Shown piece by piece: positions 1 to 14,185 of a DNA stretch of 64,000 bases (the stretch's first letter is position 1; each line of letters starts with the position of its first letter). Below the pieces are notes generated by a model. It had not been told where the DNA came from and did no database searches. It was given only the letters and a program-made list of their open reading frames with translations. A program made the translations under genes and the position numbers. The DNA comes from the human T2T-CHM13v2.0 reference genome, Homo sapiens, in NCBI GenBank assembly GCA_009914755.4, contig CP068257.2:28544001-28608000 (forward strand), in the 5' to 3' direction.

Positions 1-1354
1 AGCGCCTGGCCTCAGCTGTTTTCTAAGTGCCTTTAAAATAGCACTTCCTTTCTTTATAGCACTACAAAATGCCCCATGTTCATCTTTTTTATTTCTTGAC
101 CCAGCCCCCAAATCAGCCATTTCTCCATTTATTTTAACCCACTCTGCTAACATAGCAAAGAAATATATGCATGTCTACTAAGATGTGCATACACACAAGC
201 ACACATATTCAAACACATTTAGACCCCAAATCCTTGCAATTATTGATTTACTGACTTTGTAAGCACATTGAGAATAGATGCCTTGAACTTATTATCTGAT
301 GTCTTTCTAGCAACAGACAAAATACCAGGCATATAAACTAGTGCAAGATGGCCGTACAGTTTATTGGATAAATAAATAAAGGAATAGTCTATTTCTGTTA
401 ATTATATACTATGACTTTTTAAAATTTCATTAAATATCTTTCTATGAGATATTTTTTAGGGCTGAGTATCAGTCTATTATATCACTCTTTATTAGTATAA
501 GCATTAAAGATAAAATATATAAAGCACCTGATTCAATGCTGAACTAATAGGATGTACACAAGAAAATCCTTTATCCAATCTCCCTTAGCGTGTTTCTAAT
601 ATTTAAATTACTTAAATTGTCTTTTGAGCCATTCTGATTATTTTCTTGGACTTGTAATTATCAGACCAAATAACACATAATACAAATACTATACAAAATA
701 TTTGTATATATTTTAATTGCTTTATTCCAGCAGTTGTTCGAAAGTATCCAAATACTCTGTTTCTTCACCATCACTGTTATGATACAACGAAAAATTTCAA
801 TTTAACAAGTGAAATATTGTATTTTCTCATTGTTAGAAATGACATTTCTTTGCTTACTGGCGAGGCAAAACTATTTTTCATGTCTCTTCAACGTATTCAT
901 TTTATTTGATCATTTTTGCTTTTGGCATATATGCTTTAAAATTATTTATAGTAACTCTTTATATAGCAGAAATAAGAATATGAAATCTAAATCCACGTAA
1001 ATAGCTTTATTTATTGTCTGCCTTTTAATTTTATTTATGCTTTCTTTTGATATACAAACTTCATACAGTATTTATATAATACTGATGTATTACAGTTATA
1101 TCAGTTAATATTTTCCCTTATGCTTTCTATTTTTCTTGACTTCCTCTGTACATTCTTCTATAACTATTCTAGTTCTCAGGAAGATCTGCCCATATAAATT
1201 TTAATGCATGATGTGAGAAGAGGAATTCATTCTCTTTTTCACATTTTTTAGTTTTTATCTATGCCTTTTATTTATCAATACTTTTTATTGAAATAGCTAT
1301 TGTCTTACTTTTTTTCAACACATTGTCTTTGTTGTATACTCTAGTAAGCAGAAT

Positions 1355-1730
1355 AGTGGTTCCCCAAAGATGTTCACATCTTAATCCCTGGAATTTGTGA
1401 CTATGATAGTTACAAAACAAAGAAGAATTATGTCTGAAGGTGAACTTCAGTGATTGCAGATGACCTTAAGATAGGGAGATCGTCCTAGATCAGCGGGATA
1501 GATCTGAAGTAATCAAGAGGATCCTTAATGTGGGAGGCGGAAGGGGACGAACCAGAGCGATAGCAGCCTGTGTGGCTTTCAAGATGGAGGACGGAAGCCA
1601 CAACCTGAGGAACACAGGCAACTTCTAAGAGCTGGAAAGAGCAAAGAAACAGATTCTCCAAAGCTTCTAACAGGAACACAGTCATACCGAACCCTTGATT
1701 TTAAATTCGAACGCCTTCATCCCTGTCTAT
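1355..1730 (+). mobile_element. MaLR LTR fragment (MLT1/MST-like)
   Basis: By-eye similarity to the MaLR LTR consensus. Matching stretches include gatcgtcctagatcagcgggat...caagaggatccttaatgtgggaggc...gctttcaagatggaggacggaagccacaacc...ctggaaagagcaaagaaacagattctcc. Confidence 0.45.
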
Positions 1731-2524
1731 CACTTTACTCTGCTTTATGTATTTTTAATTACTTATCACTATCGCACATTATATAATCAACCTATATGTT
1801 GATTTTTAAATTGTTTTTCTGCTTACTCTAAATAAACTCTGAGAATAATAACCTATTCTGTTTTATGTACTAATATATTCCCAATATTTAGACAAGTGCC
1901 AGGAAGATAGTGTGTGTTTAGCAAATGTTTTTGGAGTTATTTCACTTATTAAAAGCATACTTGGATTTTTTTCTGGATTTTCTAGTCCACTTCATAAACG
2001 TATACAATGTAGTATGTTAGGAAACTATTCATATTCTTTGTCTGCTTTTACAGTTGTGTTGGATTTTTAGTTTATTTTCACATTAATAACATAATATTTT
2101 AGTTATAATATTATTTAAAAGTTCTGAACAATCTTCTCTTATTCTACTTTTTAAATGTTTTGCGCTTTTTTCCAGCTGAACTTCAAAATTGTTCTGTTAA
2201 AACAGGAAAAAAAAAGCTACATAAGATTCTGATTAGAAATATGTAAATGATATGATCATGTTGGGGATGATCTGAAGTTTTACAATTTATATCGTAAAGT
2301 TTTCTAATTTATATCCTTTCATAATTATTTAGATAGTTTGGATTTGGGGGTGGGGAGGAGCAGTTATTAGTTTTATTCCTAGGGGTCATATTTTTGTTGT
2401 CACTACAAATTAGATTATTTATCTATTGTAATTTTAAACTGTAAAATAAGAATATTATTAATTTAATGCTCTCATTTTGCTACTAGCTAAGTTCCTGAAC
2501 TATCTATGTAGTTCTAATGGTTGT

Positions 2525-2610
2525 CTACATTTTACAGATGATGAAATGAGGCAACTAGAGACAGCTAATTCGAGCTCACATTTATCTCAGTTCAAATGCT
2601 GTTTTCCAGG
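2525..2610 (+). mobile_element. Possible MIR SINE remnant
   Basis: The sequence ttttacagatgatgaaatgaggcaactagagacagctaa resembles the MIR core ttttacagatgaggaaactgaggc. It is short and diverged. Confidence 0.25.
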
Positions 2611-4501
2611 TTCTTTTTCCCATTAGACTGTAAGCTCATATCTTCAGAAGCTGTGTCATTTCATGGCTTCTCTACCCCATCCCCATAGAAACAGCTATTA
2701 CAACACAAAACAGTGATTCTCAATTGGGGGATGTTCCCTACCCCGCCCAGGGAAAATCTGAAAATATTTGGAGACACTTTTGGTTGTCACACTGGGAAGG
2801 TTCTACTGGTATCGAGTGAGCAGAGCCTATAGATGCTGCTGAACATCGTACATCACACAGCATAGGCCCCTGAGCAAAGAATCATGGCTAACACTCAACT
2901 AAGCACTTGGATATGCTACACACACACGGACTATTTTACTCATGTTATCCTTGCATTACTTGTCATCAAGTCTCAAAATAACCTTCTGGGGTTAGCATTA
3001 TCTTCATCCTTATCTTTTCAAAAAAGATACTGAGCATGGGAAACTAGATTGTAGAGTCATCCAGTTAATAGGTCAAGCCAAGATTCAGCCTTGGGCAGTG
3101 TGGCCTCAGAACCACGTTTATAATAGTATGTACTACTTGAAGTGTTTTTCACTTAGTTACATTCAAGTTAGGGTCTCCTTCAGTCCTAATAATCTACGAA
3201 TTATCTTAGAAGAACAAATTGAAAATCAGTAACAATTGGCATTTACTTATTAGTTTAATTGCATAAGGATAGAAAATTGTCCATCTCCTGGGTCACTTTC
3301 TTTCCTAGTTAATTTGAAAGTTAATGTTTCACTGTGAAAGATGAGAATATAAAACCAAAGCTCTCTATCACCTGAGTTCAGTACTTTCTCCTGAACTTTT
3401 TATGGGGAATCATAAAAGCTGATCATGGGGATATTTGAAGCTTTATGTAATACTTCCCAAGTATGAAATAAAGTAATGAATATTTTGTATTGTTTAGTGG
3501 TTGTAAAAAAAAAAAGAGAGACAGACACACCTCCCTCTAATAAAGAAAATTCAGAAAAGGGCATGATTTATCAAGACTCTTTATTATGGCTGATGTCATG
3601 GGACAGAACAATATTAATAAGAGAACAGATAATTGTACCATGGCCTGAGAAACAAAGACTTAATACAGATTATCTAACCTTACATCATTCTCAAGAGAAA
3701 GGGAAGGAGCAGGTGTAACATCTGCACTTGGCTGTGGGGAAAAAGTGAGAATACAGAGTAGCTCACTGACTTGGCCAAAAACATTCTGTAAATCAGTAAC
3801 TAGAAAAATGTTTGTATTTTTGTTTTTGAGCATTCTTCTTTGAATTAATAATAATTCTTCAGGAACAAACTGATAGTATTCTTGGCAATTCTAGCACTTA
3901 CATTTTCAAGTGTTTTTTACAAGAATATTGTGCTTTTCCAATGGCTCAAACTAAATATACTTAACTGACAAATAAATATTTATGAAGTATCAACAGTTTA
4001 TCTAGCTCTCTGCAAATACCCTGTGTTGAAGAAGTTTGCCCATCTACCTAAAGAAGCAGGATGCGTAGTATTTAAGGGATCAACTAATTGATAATAAGAA
4101 AAACAGGTAATATATACTAAGATACCTTTTCCACCTTGCAATTGGCATGAATTTTCTCTTTACAACAATCCAATGATATAGGTACCAATTTTATTCACTC
4201 TTTGTACATGGGAAAATTGAAACAGAGAGAGATTAGGTGAGCTGCCAACTAACACAGAAGCTGTCTGAGAGAGAAACCCAGACAAGGACACAATAGAGTA
4301 CATATTTTCAATGGCTTTGCCATATGCACAGACCTTAACATCTGTCAATTAGTGGAGAAATGAGAGAATAATGTCCACAGAAATCATTGGAAAATACTAA
4401 TGAAGGTTCAAGGTTCAAACCGGCCATTTAAAAATAATTAGTATATGCCTTAATCATTGGTCCTGGACTTGGGATATGCCATCTTAGGAACATTTTGAAA
4501 T

Positions 4502-4543
4502 TGTGTGTGTGTGTGCATGTGTGTGTTTGTGTATGTGTGTGTT
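4502..4543. repeat. (TG)n microsatellite, imperfect
   Basis: tgtgtgtgtgtgtgcatgtgtgtgtttgtgtatgtgtgtgttt. Confidence 0.9.
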
Positions 4544-6204
4544 TAGAAGAGTAGAATTTGGTTGCCACAATGATTGGATGACTTCCTGGGCATTCAATAG
4601 ATGGAGGCCTAATAGTCCTCCTTTATAAACAAGACATAAAATCATCAGTCCTGCACAAAGATGCCTTATCGTGTAACTTGTGTAACTTTCCAATGATCTT
4701 TTGGATAATAACTGAAAAACTTGTTTATGATCATGAACATAGAACTCTACTCCTCTTAGATTAAAACCCGAAGTAAATATTTTAATGCACAGTGAAGTTG
4801 CAGGAATGCAGAAACTAGTAAATCACAGGAAGGCTGACTTTTGATTTGTTTTGAACTTATACTAAGAGTTGTTCAACATTTAAAAAAATCATATCACCCA
4901 TGGCAATAGTAGCCATGGAATTTGAGTCACAAATCTAATATCTGTATCAATCGGTCTTTCTAGCTCTCATATTTTGAGTGAATTCACATAAAAAACAAGC
5001 ATCTGATAATTTTTATATCTTTCAGTGAAGATGTTCTTAGTCAATCACATAATAAAATATCTTTTAAATAAATTATTTTCCTTTAAAGTTTCCCTTATAA
5101 GTAGGGCATGCTGTTGGTATTTCCAAATGATTATTTTGTTTCATCTGTGACTTTCATTCCAGAATAAGCAACAGGACATTATACAATACTTGATATAAAA
5201 GGGTATGATAGAGCTGTGATGCCCTAGTTTAGATGAATGTATGCAGAAAGGGCATGGGGCATAGAGCTGTTTTATTTATTCTTTTTTCATTATTTCAACA
5301 TATTTTTTGAGCACCTACTATGTGTCAGCCTACACTACTGTGCAGTGGTCCTAGAACAGTGAATAAGAGTAAATTCCTTATTCTCATAGCCTTTACTTTG
5401 TAGTAAAGAAACTAGCACTACTTAGAAATAAGACAAAATAAGGCCCACATATCCTTTCAATGTCATACTGGAACATTGCCTAATAAACTCAACCAAAGAT
5501 TATTTAATTATTTAGGAGACTGTACTTTGTTTTATTCAGTATGTACTATTGGTTAGGGCTCAAATGTTGTAAAGTTGCATGCTAACTTATAGATTTTCTA
5601 CTGTCTTTGTGAAAAGTAGAAAGATAAGTTCTGGTTTTATTGTTCTTTGGACACTAAAGAGACTTAATTTAGCAAGCTTATTTCAGTATGGCTTTCTTCT
5701 AATATTCTGCAATCAGCATTCCTAAACATAAAATGTATAAAACATGTTCATTGTATATATTGGCATAAGAGTCATATTTGAAACTTATTGAATATTTTAA
5801 TTTCACACATTCTAGTAAGAGTCACAGTAAAGGGATGAGGTTGGAATAAACATTGAGAGCCTTAAGAGCTAGGCAAAAGAGATTAGCTTTTAAGATAGAA
5901 AATCGAGATCAATTATGTTTCTTAACCCGGTTATCTACTTGACAAGAAAGATACTAAGATGACACACAAAACCTGGGAAATATTTATTATATTTTTGTTA
6001 AATTTAAGTCAATGGCTATTTGATTTTAGTTAGAGAATCTTCTTGTGCTATTAAGCATAAAATATCAATTCAGCACTTCAAATGATATTCACAACTTTCT
6101 CTTGATATGGCAGGCTAATATCCTAAAATTCCCTCATATAAAGATTTAACATTCCCTCCTAAAAGTTTTTAAATTCCTTCATGTAAAAATTAAAAATTCT
6201 TGTG

Positions 6205-6526
<322 letters not shown>

Positions 6527-8029
6527 CTAATGCCTAGGAAGTTTTTGAGAAAATAAGGTAACTTTTTCTAGAATAAGAATGGAGAAGAAATATAATTTTG
6601 GGGAGACCAGCCAAAGAAGCATCTATGAATGCCCTCAGAGAACCTTCCATTCCCTGGTGGGCTACAGTTGCAGTTAGAGTATTTGGTGCTCAGGGATTGG
6701 GACGTAAGCCTGGATTCAGATTAAAGATCTCAGAATAAAGTTAAGATTCTCAAGGAAGAACATCTTAAGGAGAAATATTAAACTAGAATAATTTGTCTGA
6801 CCATTAAGTCAGACAAAAAAGAAAATTTATCTCAGCCTAATATTAGGTAGCCTGAGACATTCTATCCCTATAGAGATTTGGGCCTAGATTAATCCTATTT
6901 GCGTGGTTCACAAAATGCAGGCTGGGAATTTTAATCTAAAATGAATTTAGGTTAATAGTGCCCAAAGGTAAGTAACAAAAACAAACGAAACATTTCTCTG
7001 AGGGAATCAATGAATTCTCACAGATAGATCACCACTAGACAGGATTCACAATCACAAATCCCAAAATATACAAGGAAATATCAAGATATGTGTGAACTAC
7101 ACAAGCAAAAAAACAGCAGAATAAGACCTCTAAAAACTTGATATTAAAATCGTTGGGTACAGTAAGTAAAGTAAAATCTGTACAATGAAATGAAATATAG
7201 ACTCAAGTAGCAAGAGTTTATCAAATAAGCAGGAGTATTTGAAACAAAACAAAGCAGGTAGAAATTTAAGAAATATTAAAATAAAAAACTGAAAAATTGT
7301 TTTTACAAGAGATAAAAAATAATTCATTATTTGGAAGATACATTTAAAGAATTATTTACACATAACAATGGAAAATAAAGTTGAATGGTAAGAAAAAGTT
7401 TGAGTGTTCTGGAGGATAGAAAATGTCCAGCATCAGCCAAAGTGGGGTTATATTTAACTCGAATTAATATATACAATGGGGAAGGTCATATTCAACATGA
7501 ATGATAATTTTTCAGAAAGTCAGATTCTGAAATTAGAATTCCCAAGTTGTCAGAATTAGGAAGCATGTTTAATTCTAAGCAGAGAAAAATATATTCTTTG
7601 CCAGATGTGTTGTGACAAACTACAGAACATCAATGACAAGACAGAAAAATGTTAATACAAGTTGAGGGAAAGAAAGACAGTTTGCTTACAAAGGAACTAC
7701 AACTAGAATTATAGCTGCCTATTCAACAGCAAAAATTAAGCCAGAAGACAGTGGAATAGTATCTTTAAAAATAGGGAGAGATTTTTGCCTCTAAGAGAAA
7801 TGCGGGAATATAGGATTTGGAGGGACGGATACAGAGAGCTTCTCTTCTAGAGCAGAGAAATATTTTCCTAATTTGTCTTGCTAATCTCCACTTCTCCAAA
7901 CCCCAAATATATGCAACAAATATAAATGTCATGGTTGTTACTTACTAAGCAGTGTTACTGAACGAGCTACCTGCTCTGATTTCAGAAGTAAATAAAACTT
8001 AGCCCTAGCCTTAGAGGATATTCTAGACA

Positions 8030-8530
8030 GAACAATGTTCTCTCCCCATTCCCAATGATGTCCACATCCGAATCCCCTTAATATAGAAAAAGAGACTTTG
8101 CAGATGTGATTAACTCAAGGACCTTGACATAGGGCTATCATCTTGGATTATCTGAATGGGTCCAATGTAATTACAAGGATTCACGTAAGAGGGAGACAAG
8201 AAAGTCAACATTAGGAAAAGGAGGATGACAATAGCAGCAGAGGCTGGAGTGATGCAATTTGAAGATGGAGAAAGGGACCATGAGTCAAGGAATGCTGGTA
8301 TCCTATGGAAACTGGAAAAAGCAAGGAAGCAGGTTATTCCCTGGAGTGGAGCCCTCAGTAGAGGTGCAGCCCTGCCAACACCACACCTTGATCTTGCCCT
8401 GTAAAACTCATTTTGGACTTCCGGCCTCCAGAACTGTAAAAGAATATGTTTATATTGTTTAAAGTTTGTGGTACTTTGTTCAGCACCAATAGGAAACTAA
8501 TCTACATTAGTTTATATTCTTTCTGAAGGA
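8030..8530 (+). mobile_element. MaLR LTR (MLT1/THE1-like)
   Basis: It contains the hallmark MaLR LTR 3' block acaccacaccttgatcttgc...ttggacttccggcctccagaactgtaaaag...gtttgtggtactttgttcagcaccaataggaaactaat. Upstream it contains ccccttaatatagaaaaagagactttgcagatgtgattaa...ggaccttgacatagg. Confidence 0.5.
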
Positions 8531-9667
8531 TCATGTGCTATAGAACACTCATGTATGATAAGAAATAAGTATTATAATGTACATGTATGGCTCAGAAAAT
8601 AGCACGGAGAATTCTATGAAGTAGAGAATAAAGGGACAGAAACATTGTTATAGAGAAATGAGACTTGAGCCAGCTTTGGAAATCTGTGTGCTTTCCAGGC
8701 AAACAAGCTCACCAGTAACCTCTCCCAACTTGACATGCCTTCCCTGCTCCCCAAGCCTGAGGTCTAAATGAGGTGTTCCCTCCATAGGCTTTGAAAGCAC
8801 ATCGGGCATCATCAGACTCAGGGCCACCTTGTGCTTTTTGTTACTGTTCTCACAATGGCAGAAATCCTGCCATCCTGGGGTCTGCGTCTGTGTCTCTTGT
8901 AGCAAAGGAGCCCCTAGTAAGGAATGGACATGTGGCATTGTTTGCAGAATGAAGGCGGTGTTAGCCAGGCCACAGAGGTGTGAACCCACTGGCATCTTCA
9001 GGGAACCAAGCATGACTCCTTTTCACTAGGGCATAGGATGCAAGTCAAGAACAATAGAGATTGAGAAGCTAGAGCTTGCCTGTGGCTCAGTGTCAGCATT
9101 GGGCAGCTCTGATCATGTAATTGCCTCCCTCCAAATTTTCCTGTGTTACCATTGCGGTTTAGTGAAGTGACTTCACTTGGCATTTATGGCCTTGGACCCA
9201 TATTATGTCTTGAAACCACCTTTCTGATCTAATTTGCTCTTATTTCCTTTTATTTGCTCTCAACCAAATTAAACTCACCTTATCTTTTTCCAGCTCTACA
9301 TTTTGGTCAAAGCTCTTCTCATTCAACGTTACCTGAACATTTCTAACTCCCCATCCAATTGAATCTCCAACTCTTTACCCTCAAAATTTCACCTAAATTT
9401 CCATCTCATACATGAAAACCTTACTGTGTTTCTCCTGTACTCACCCCCAGATATGATCTATTTTTTCTCTTTTCAGTAAAAACCAGTAGCACTTTGTCTT
9501 TCTATATGACAGTCTGCCCCTTCAAGTAACAGTCATGTACCAATCTGTGCCACCTTTCTTTTGTCCCTGGACTCAATCATCTTCAAGGGCATTTCTCAAT
9601 TATTCATTTGATGTTGGTTCTTACCACAACACTGAACAAATTTTAAATACTCTGTGACCAATAAGAA

Positions 9668-9790
9668 TATAGGTGCAGCAAACCACCATGGCATATGTAT
9701 ACCTCTGTAACAAACCTGCACATTCAGCACATGTATCCCAGAACTTAAAGTAAAATAAAACAAAAAATAAAATAAAATAAAAATAAGAAT
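9668..9790 (+). mobile_element. L1 3'-end fragment with A-rich tail
   Basis: aggtgcagcaaaccaccatggcatatgtatacctctgtaacaaacctgcacattcagcacatgtatcccagaacttaaagtaaaataaaa matches the L1PA 3'UTR terminus. Confidence 0.7.
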
Positions 9791-12700
9791 ATGTCAGATT
9801 AATTTTATTTTGAAACTAACACCAATACAAAATGTGATGACTGTTTTAATAGAAATCCAGTGGGTTATCACTTTATTCCTCTGTTGTTATGTCTAAGGCA
9901 TGTTAAATGATCTTTCTAAAAGGTTATGCCTAAATTTACCAGTCATACACAATTACATCCATAGTCAAAACATGTTTTGTCATCTATCAGAGACAGTCAA
10001 CTCTACTCCTAAGGCATTTCAAGTTTTGTCCTTTCAAAACAACAGGTGGGTGTTATTCTCCCAGGCAATCCTGTGTTATGCCTAGAAGATAGCAGACAGC
10101 CACATAAATCAGCTGTACTTTTTCATATAATCATTAGAGAAATGTAAAAAACTGCGTAGAAAAAAAGCACCTAAAGCTTAAGAGAATTACTGATCACGAA
10201 AGGTTTCACCTTATTTAATATTTTAGGTGTGGCCCCCTTGATAAATTGAAATAGCTTTGGGTTTCTTGTTGTTGTTGTTTTGCTTAGTGTGTGTGATCCG
10301 TGTCTAAGGCAATAAAATGCCAAACCTTCACTCACCTGAGTGGCAAAGCCTGCAAAATTCAATCAGGCGGTGATCTCTAGAGTATAGCATTTTCAAAGAA
10401 TATTCAAAAGCTACCAGCTGTAAACATAACACACACAAAAAAAAACAGAAAAACCAAACCATGCATCTCTTAGCTGGCTGTAAATGTACTAATCAGTGAT
10501 TTGGGGGGAAAAAACGGTGTAAACATGGTGGATATATTTTCGACAGTAATCATAATTCTTGTCCAGATGATGTGAAGGGTTATAAAATAAGCCTGTTAGG
10601 TTTCCCAAGCACTTGTGTGTCGAGTATATGTAAAATGCTTCATTAAAACATCTTAGACTTTACAGTGGATATTTTGCTGGTATTAAGCTTGTGTTTGTAA
10701 ATAGAAGTGCTAATTATTTAGGCATGCAATTGCTCACACGAATAGCCTATGGGTCAGAGTAGTTTTAGACTTTACTTTTTTCTATAATTAAACATATAGC
10801 ATTTAAAGAACATTTTTTTAAAAAACATGAAAACACAGTATTCCCTGGAGCATATCACATGTGAATTTAGAAGCCAGATTATAACGCAATTTTTGCCTGC
10901 AAATAAATGAGTTCAACATTAACAATAATTAGAGACATAAGGTCCTCTGAATTCTAAAAAGTTACCCCCAAATCTAAATATTATTTAATAAATTTAATAG
11001 TTGCATAATATTGATTTCCCCAAAATCACGGGTAAAAGGTTTTTCTTGAAGCAGTTATAAGCTATATTGTGGCAAAAAATTAGCCAATATACTTAATCAG
11101 GATAAAAGAAAAATGAATAATACAATTTTTAAAACTTTTTTTAATTGGCTTTGGGAGAATTTTGAGAATTTGCCACCATTTACAGTGACATAAAAGAGAT
11201 AATCATATGTTTCTTATACTGTGATGCAGCCAGCCACTCCAGACTGAACAAACTGGTGTCTTTTTGGTATTCCCATTCGGCTCTATCTGTGAACTTGACT
11301 ATGACCCTGACTCACCACAGCCAAACCTGAAAAAAATAAAACTACCTATCGGGTACTATGCTGATTATCTGGGTGATGAAATAATCTTGACACAAAATTC
11401 CCTCAACACACAATTTATCTATATGGCAAACCTGCACATTTACCCTTGAACCTGAAATAAAAGTGAAAAAAATTAAAATTAAAAAAGATAAGATTTAGAG
11501 GAAAATAAATCTAGTCAAGACATAGTAGAGATGCTGTTTGGTTGGCTGTTTTTCCCTCCACCTAATACTCTATCATGAACATTTTTTATGTCATTACATA
11601 TTTGTCTACCTCATTATATTTATGATGATACTGTGTTTCATTGTGTGAATATGCATAAGCATAATTTATGTAATCTACTGATTAAATATCTTTTTTACTT
11701 ATAGTAGGGAATAAAATAATGTATTTTTGAACTTTTTTTTTTCGGAAGTAAATTATATTTGCTTGCAATTACGCTTGGCTTTATGTAATACACACTCATG
11801 CTGCTTATACAAATAAAATGTTTATTTTTCTCTCTTAAAAAAAAATTCTAGAGTTTGGCAGCTCAGGGCTGGTGCAGCTGCTCTGTTAAGTCCTCAAGGA
11901 CAGAAACTCTGTCTGGAGGCCTGATTCTAGCAACCAAGCATGTACCATTTGTCCTCAGAGTCTCAGAACGGCTGTCACCTGCAGGCAAAGGAAAGGCAAG
12001 TGTGTCCATGTTCCTGAGACTGTCTCTATCAGAAAATACAAAACTTTCTAGGGAGACTGACCTAGGAGATTCTCACTTAGGTCTCACAGGCCAGACATGG
12101 GTGACGTGGTAATCTCTAGGTCAAGAAAATATTGAGAGGAGAATATTTTTAACAGGGCACGTTTATGCTCTGAAAAATGTCAGTGTTCTCTTAGAAAATA
12201 AGAAGGAAAAATGGATACTGGGCAGCCAACTATCAGTGTCTGTCACAGAATTATACATATGCATAAGAGTATCTTACTCAAGGGTAATTAAGTGTCCAGT
12301 AATTCTTGGGACGGATCTCTGGGTATAGCAGTAAGTCTTTAAACAGAACTACTGTTACATACAATTTGTAGTTTAGATCCATATATTTGTCAAATATTTG
12401 AAATTACAGTTCTATAAACATTTCCCATATGTAATGGTAGAGGCGGGTGGAGAGAAACTCACCTATTTCTTTCTTATATCTTTAATAACACCCAGGCAAC
12501 ACTCTACCCAAGATTCCTTAGAAAAATAATTAATTCAATTGTCCTTGTGCTAAGAGGGACAAAAGCCTAATCTATGATAATAATGAGAGTTTCCAAGAAC
12601 TGTATCAGTAAACAGCTGAGATTTCCTTATTGCTTTTCCTTAAAAAAGTCAATTCCACCTCACACGTTATCTCATTCATCTTTACAATGTAAGTGTCATT

Positions 12701-13911
12701 TCCTGTTCCTTCTGGATCGTGTGTTCCCTAATCAGTCAAATCGCGTCTTCCAGCCTCCGTTATGAATATTTCCATCGCTTGTGCGCTCCAGGAAAACCTG
12801 GCCACCTACACCCTCCCTGAAAATGTATTTTTGCCTGCAGTGATCTAGAGAAAGGGGAAGGCTATTTTACTGACCCAAATGGTTCAACTAAATTTGATTT
12901 CAGCCTTGGAAGCAAAGAGGCATTCTCCTCTTATTCAGCGTCATTGCCAACTTTAAATCAATACCTCTCCCATTGTCCTAAAACCTCCAAATCTAAAGAT
13001 CTTGCTATCAGATTATATTATATACTTCTATCCCTCTTCTTCACACTTGATATAGTCACTTAAAGACTCCTGCGTCACTTTCTCTCATTCTTTGAACATT
13101 TTAGCTTTTGCCTTTCTGTCGCTTTCTCTACCAATATTTTTGTCTTTATTGAAAATGAATTCATGATACATTATGATAATCCGGCTGATGTCCTGGGCCT
13201 CTCCATTCCCCACCATCATCTCCAATGATCCTACTTTCTACTTCAGCTCAGCCAGCTACTTGAAAGGCACACAAATCTTAACTGAATATTAGAAGTATAT
13301 AGGAGAAATTTAAGAAAATACTAACATCTGGGCTCTATCCTCCCAGATGTTGATTTAATTGTTTTGATTTAAATTCTCCAGGTGGGGCTTATATGTAGCC
13401 CAAGAGAAAGACTGCCTAGACATTTTTATTCTCAATAATTTCACCTCTTATATTCTCAATAATAAGTGAACCCAAAATATCTGAGACGAGTCTCAATCAA
13501 TTTAGAACGTGTTTTGCCAAGATTAAGGAAGGGTCCGAGGTGGTCGGAGGACAGCTTGCTTTAACACATTTGAGGGAGACATGAGAGACATCAATCAATA
13601 TGTGTAAGATGTGTACTGGTCTGGCCCAGGAAAGTGGGACAACTCCAAATGGGATTACTCCAATCTAATAGAGCATTTTACTGCTTTCCTATTGCTACTG
13701 TAACAAATTACAAACATTTAGTGGCATAAAGAGCACCAACTTATTATGTTACTCTTCTTGGAGTCGGAAGTCCAAAATAGATAGGCAGGGCTATATTCCT
13801 TCTAGCAGCACTAGGGGAAAGTCCATTTCTTTGTCTTTTTTCAGCTAGTGGCTTCCTTCATCCTTGGCTCATGGCTCCTTCTTCCATCTTCGCATTCATC
13901 AGTGTAGCATT

Positions 13912-13944
<33 letters not shown>

Positions 13945-13960
13945 TGCTCTCTCTCTTTCT
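13912..13960. repeat. (CT)n microsatellite
   Basis: ctctctctctctctctctctctcttgctctctctc. Confidence 0.9.
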
Positions 13961-14043
13961 CCTCTCACATCTCTTCTAACTCTTCCGCTTTCTTCTTTCC
14001 CTTATCAGAACTAGTGATTTCACTGGGCCTACCTAGATATTCC

Positions 14044-14185
14044 CACATAATCTCTTGAAGATTTTTCATCACGTTTTCATTTCAAGATTTTTCATTACAT
14101 AATCTCTTCATTTCAAGAGTTTTTTTAAAATCACATAATCTCTTCCTTTCAAGATTTTTCATCACATATAAGGATTTTTGCCATG
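14044..14185. repeat. Degenerate tandem repeat of about 4-5 copies of a 26-36-bp unit (cacataatctcttcMtttcaagatttttcat)
   Basis: Read directly from the sequence. The units start near 14044, 14070, 14096, 14132 and 14163. Confidence 0.7.
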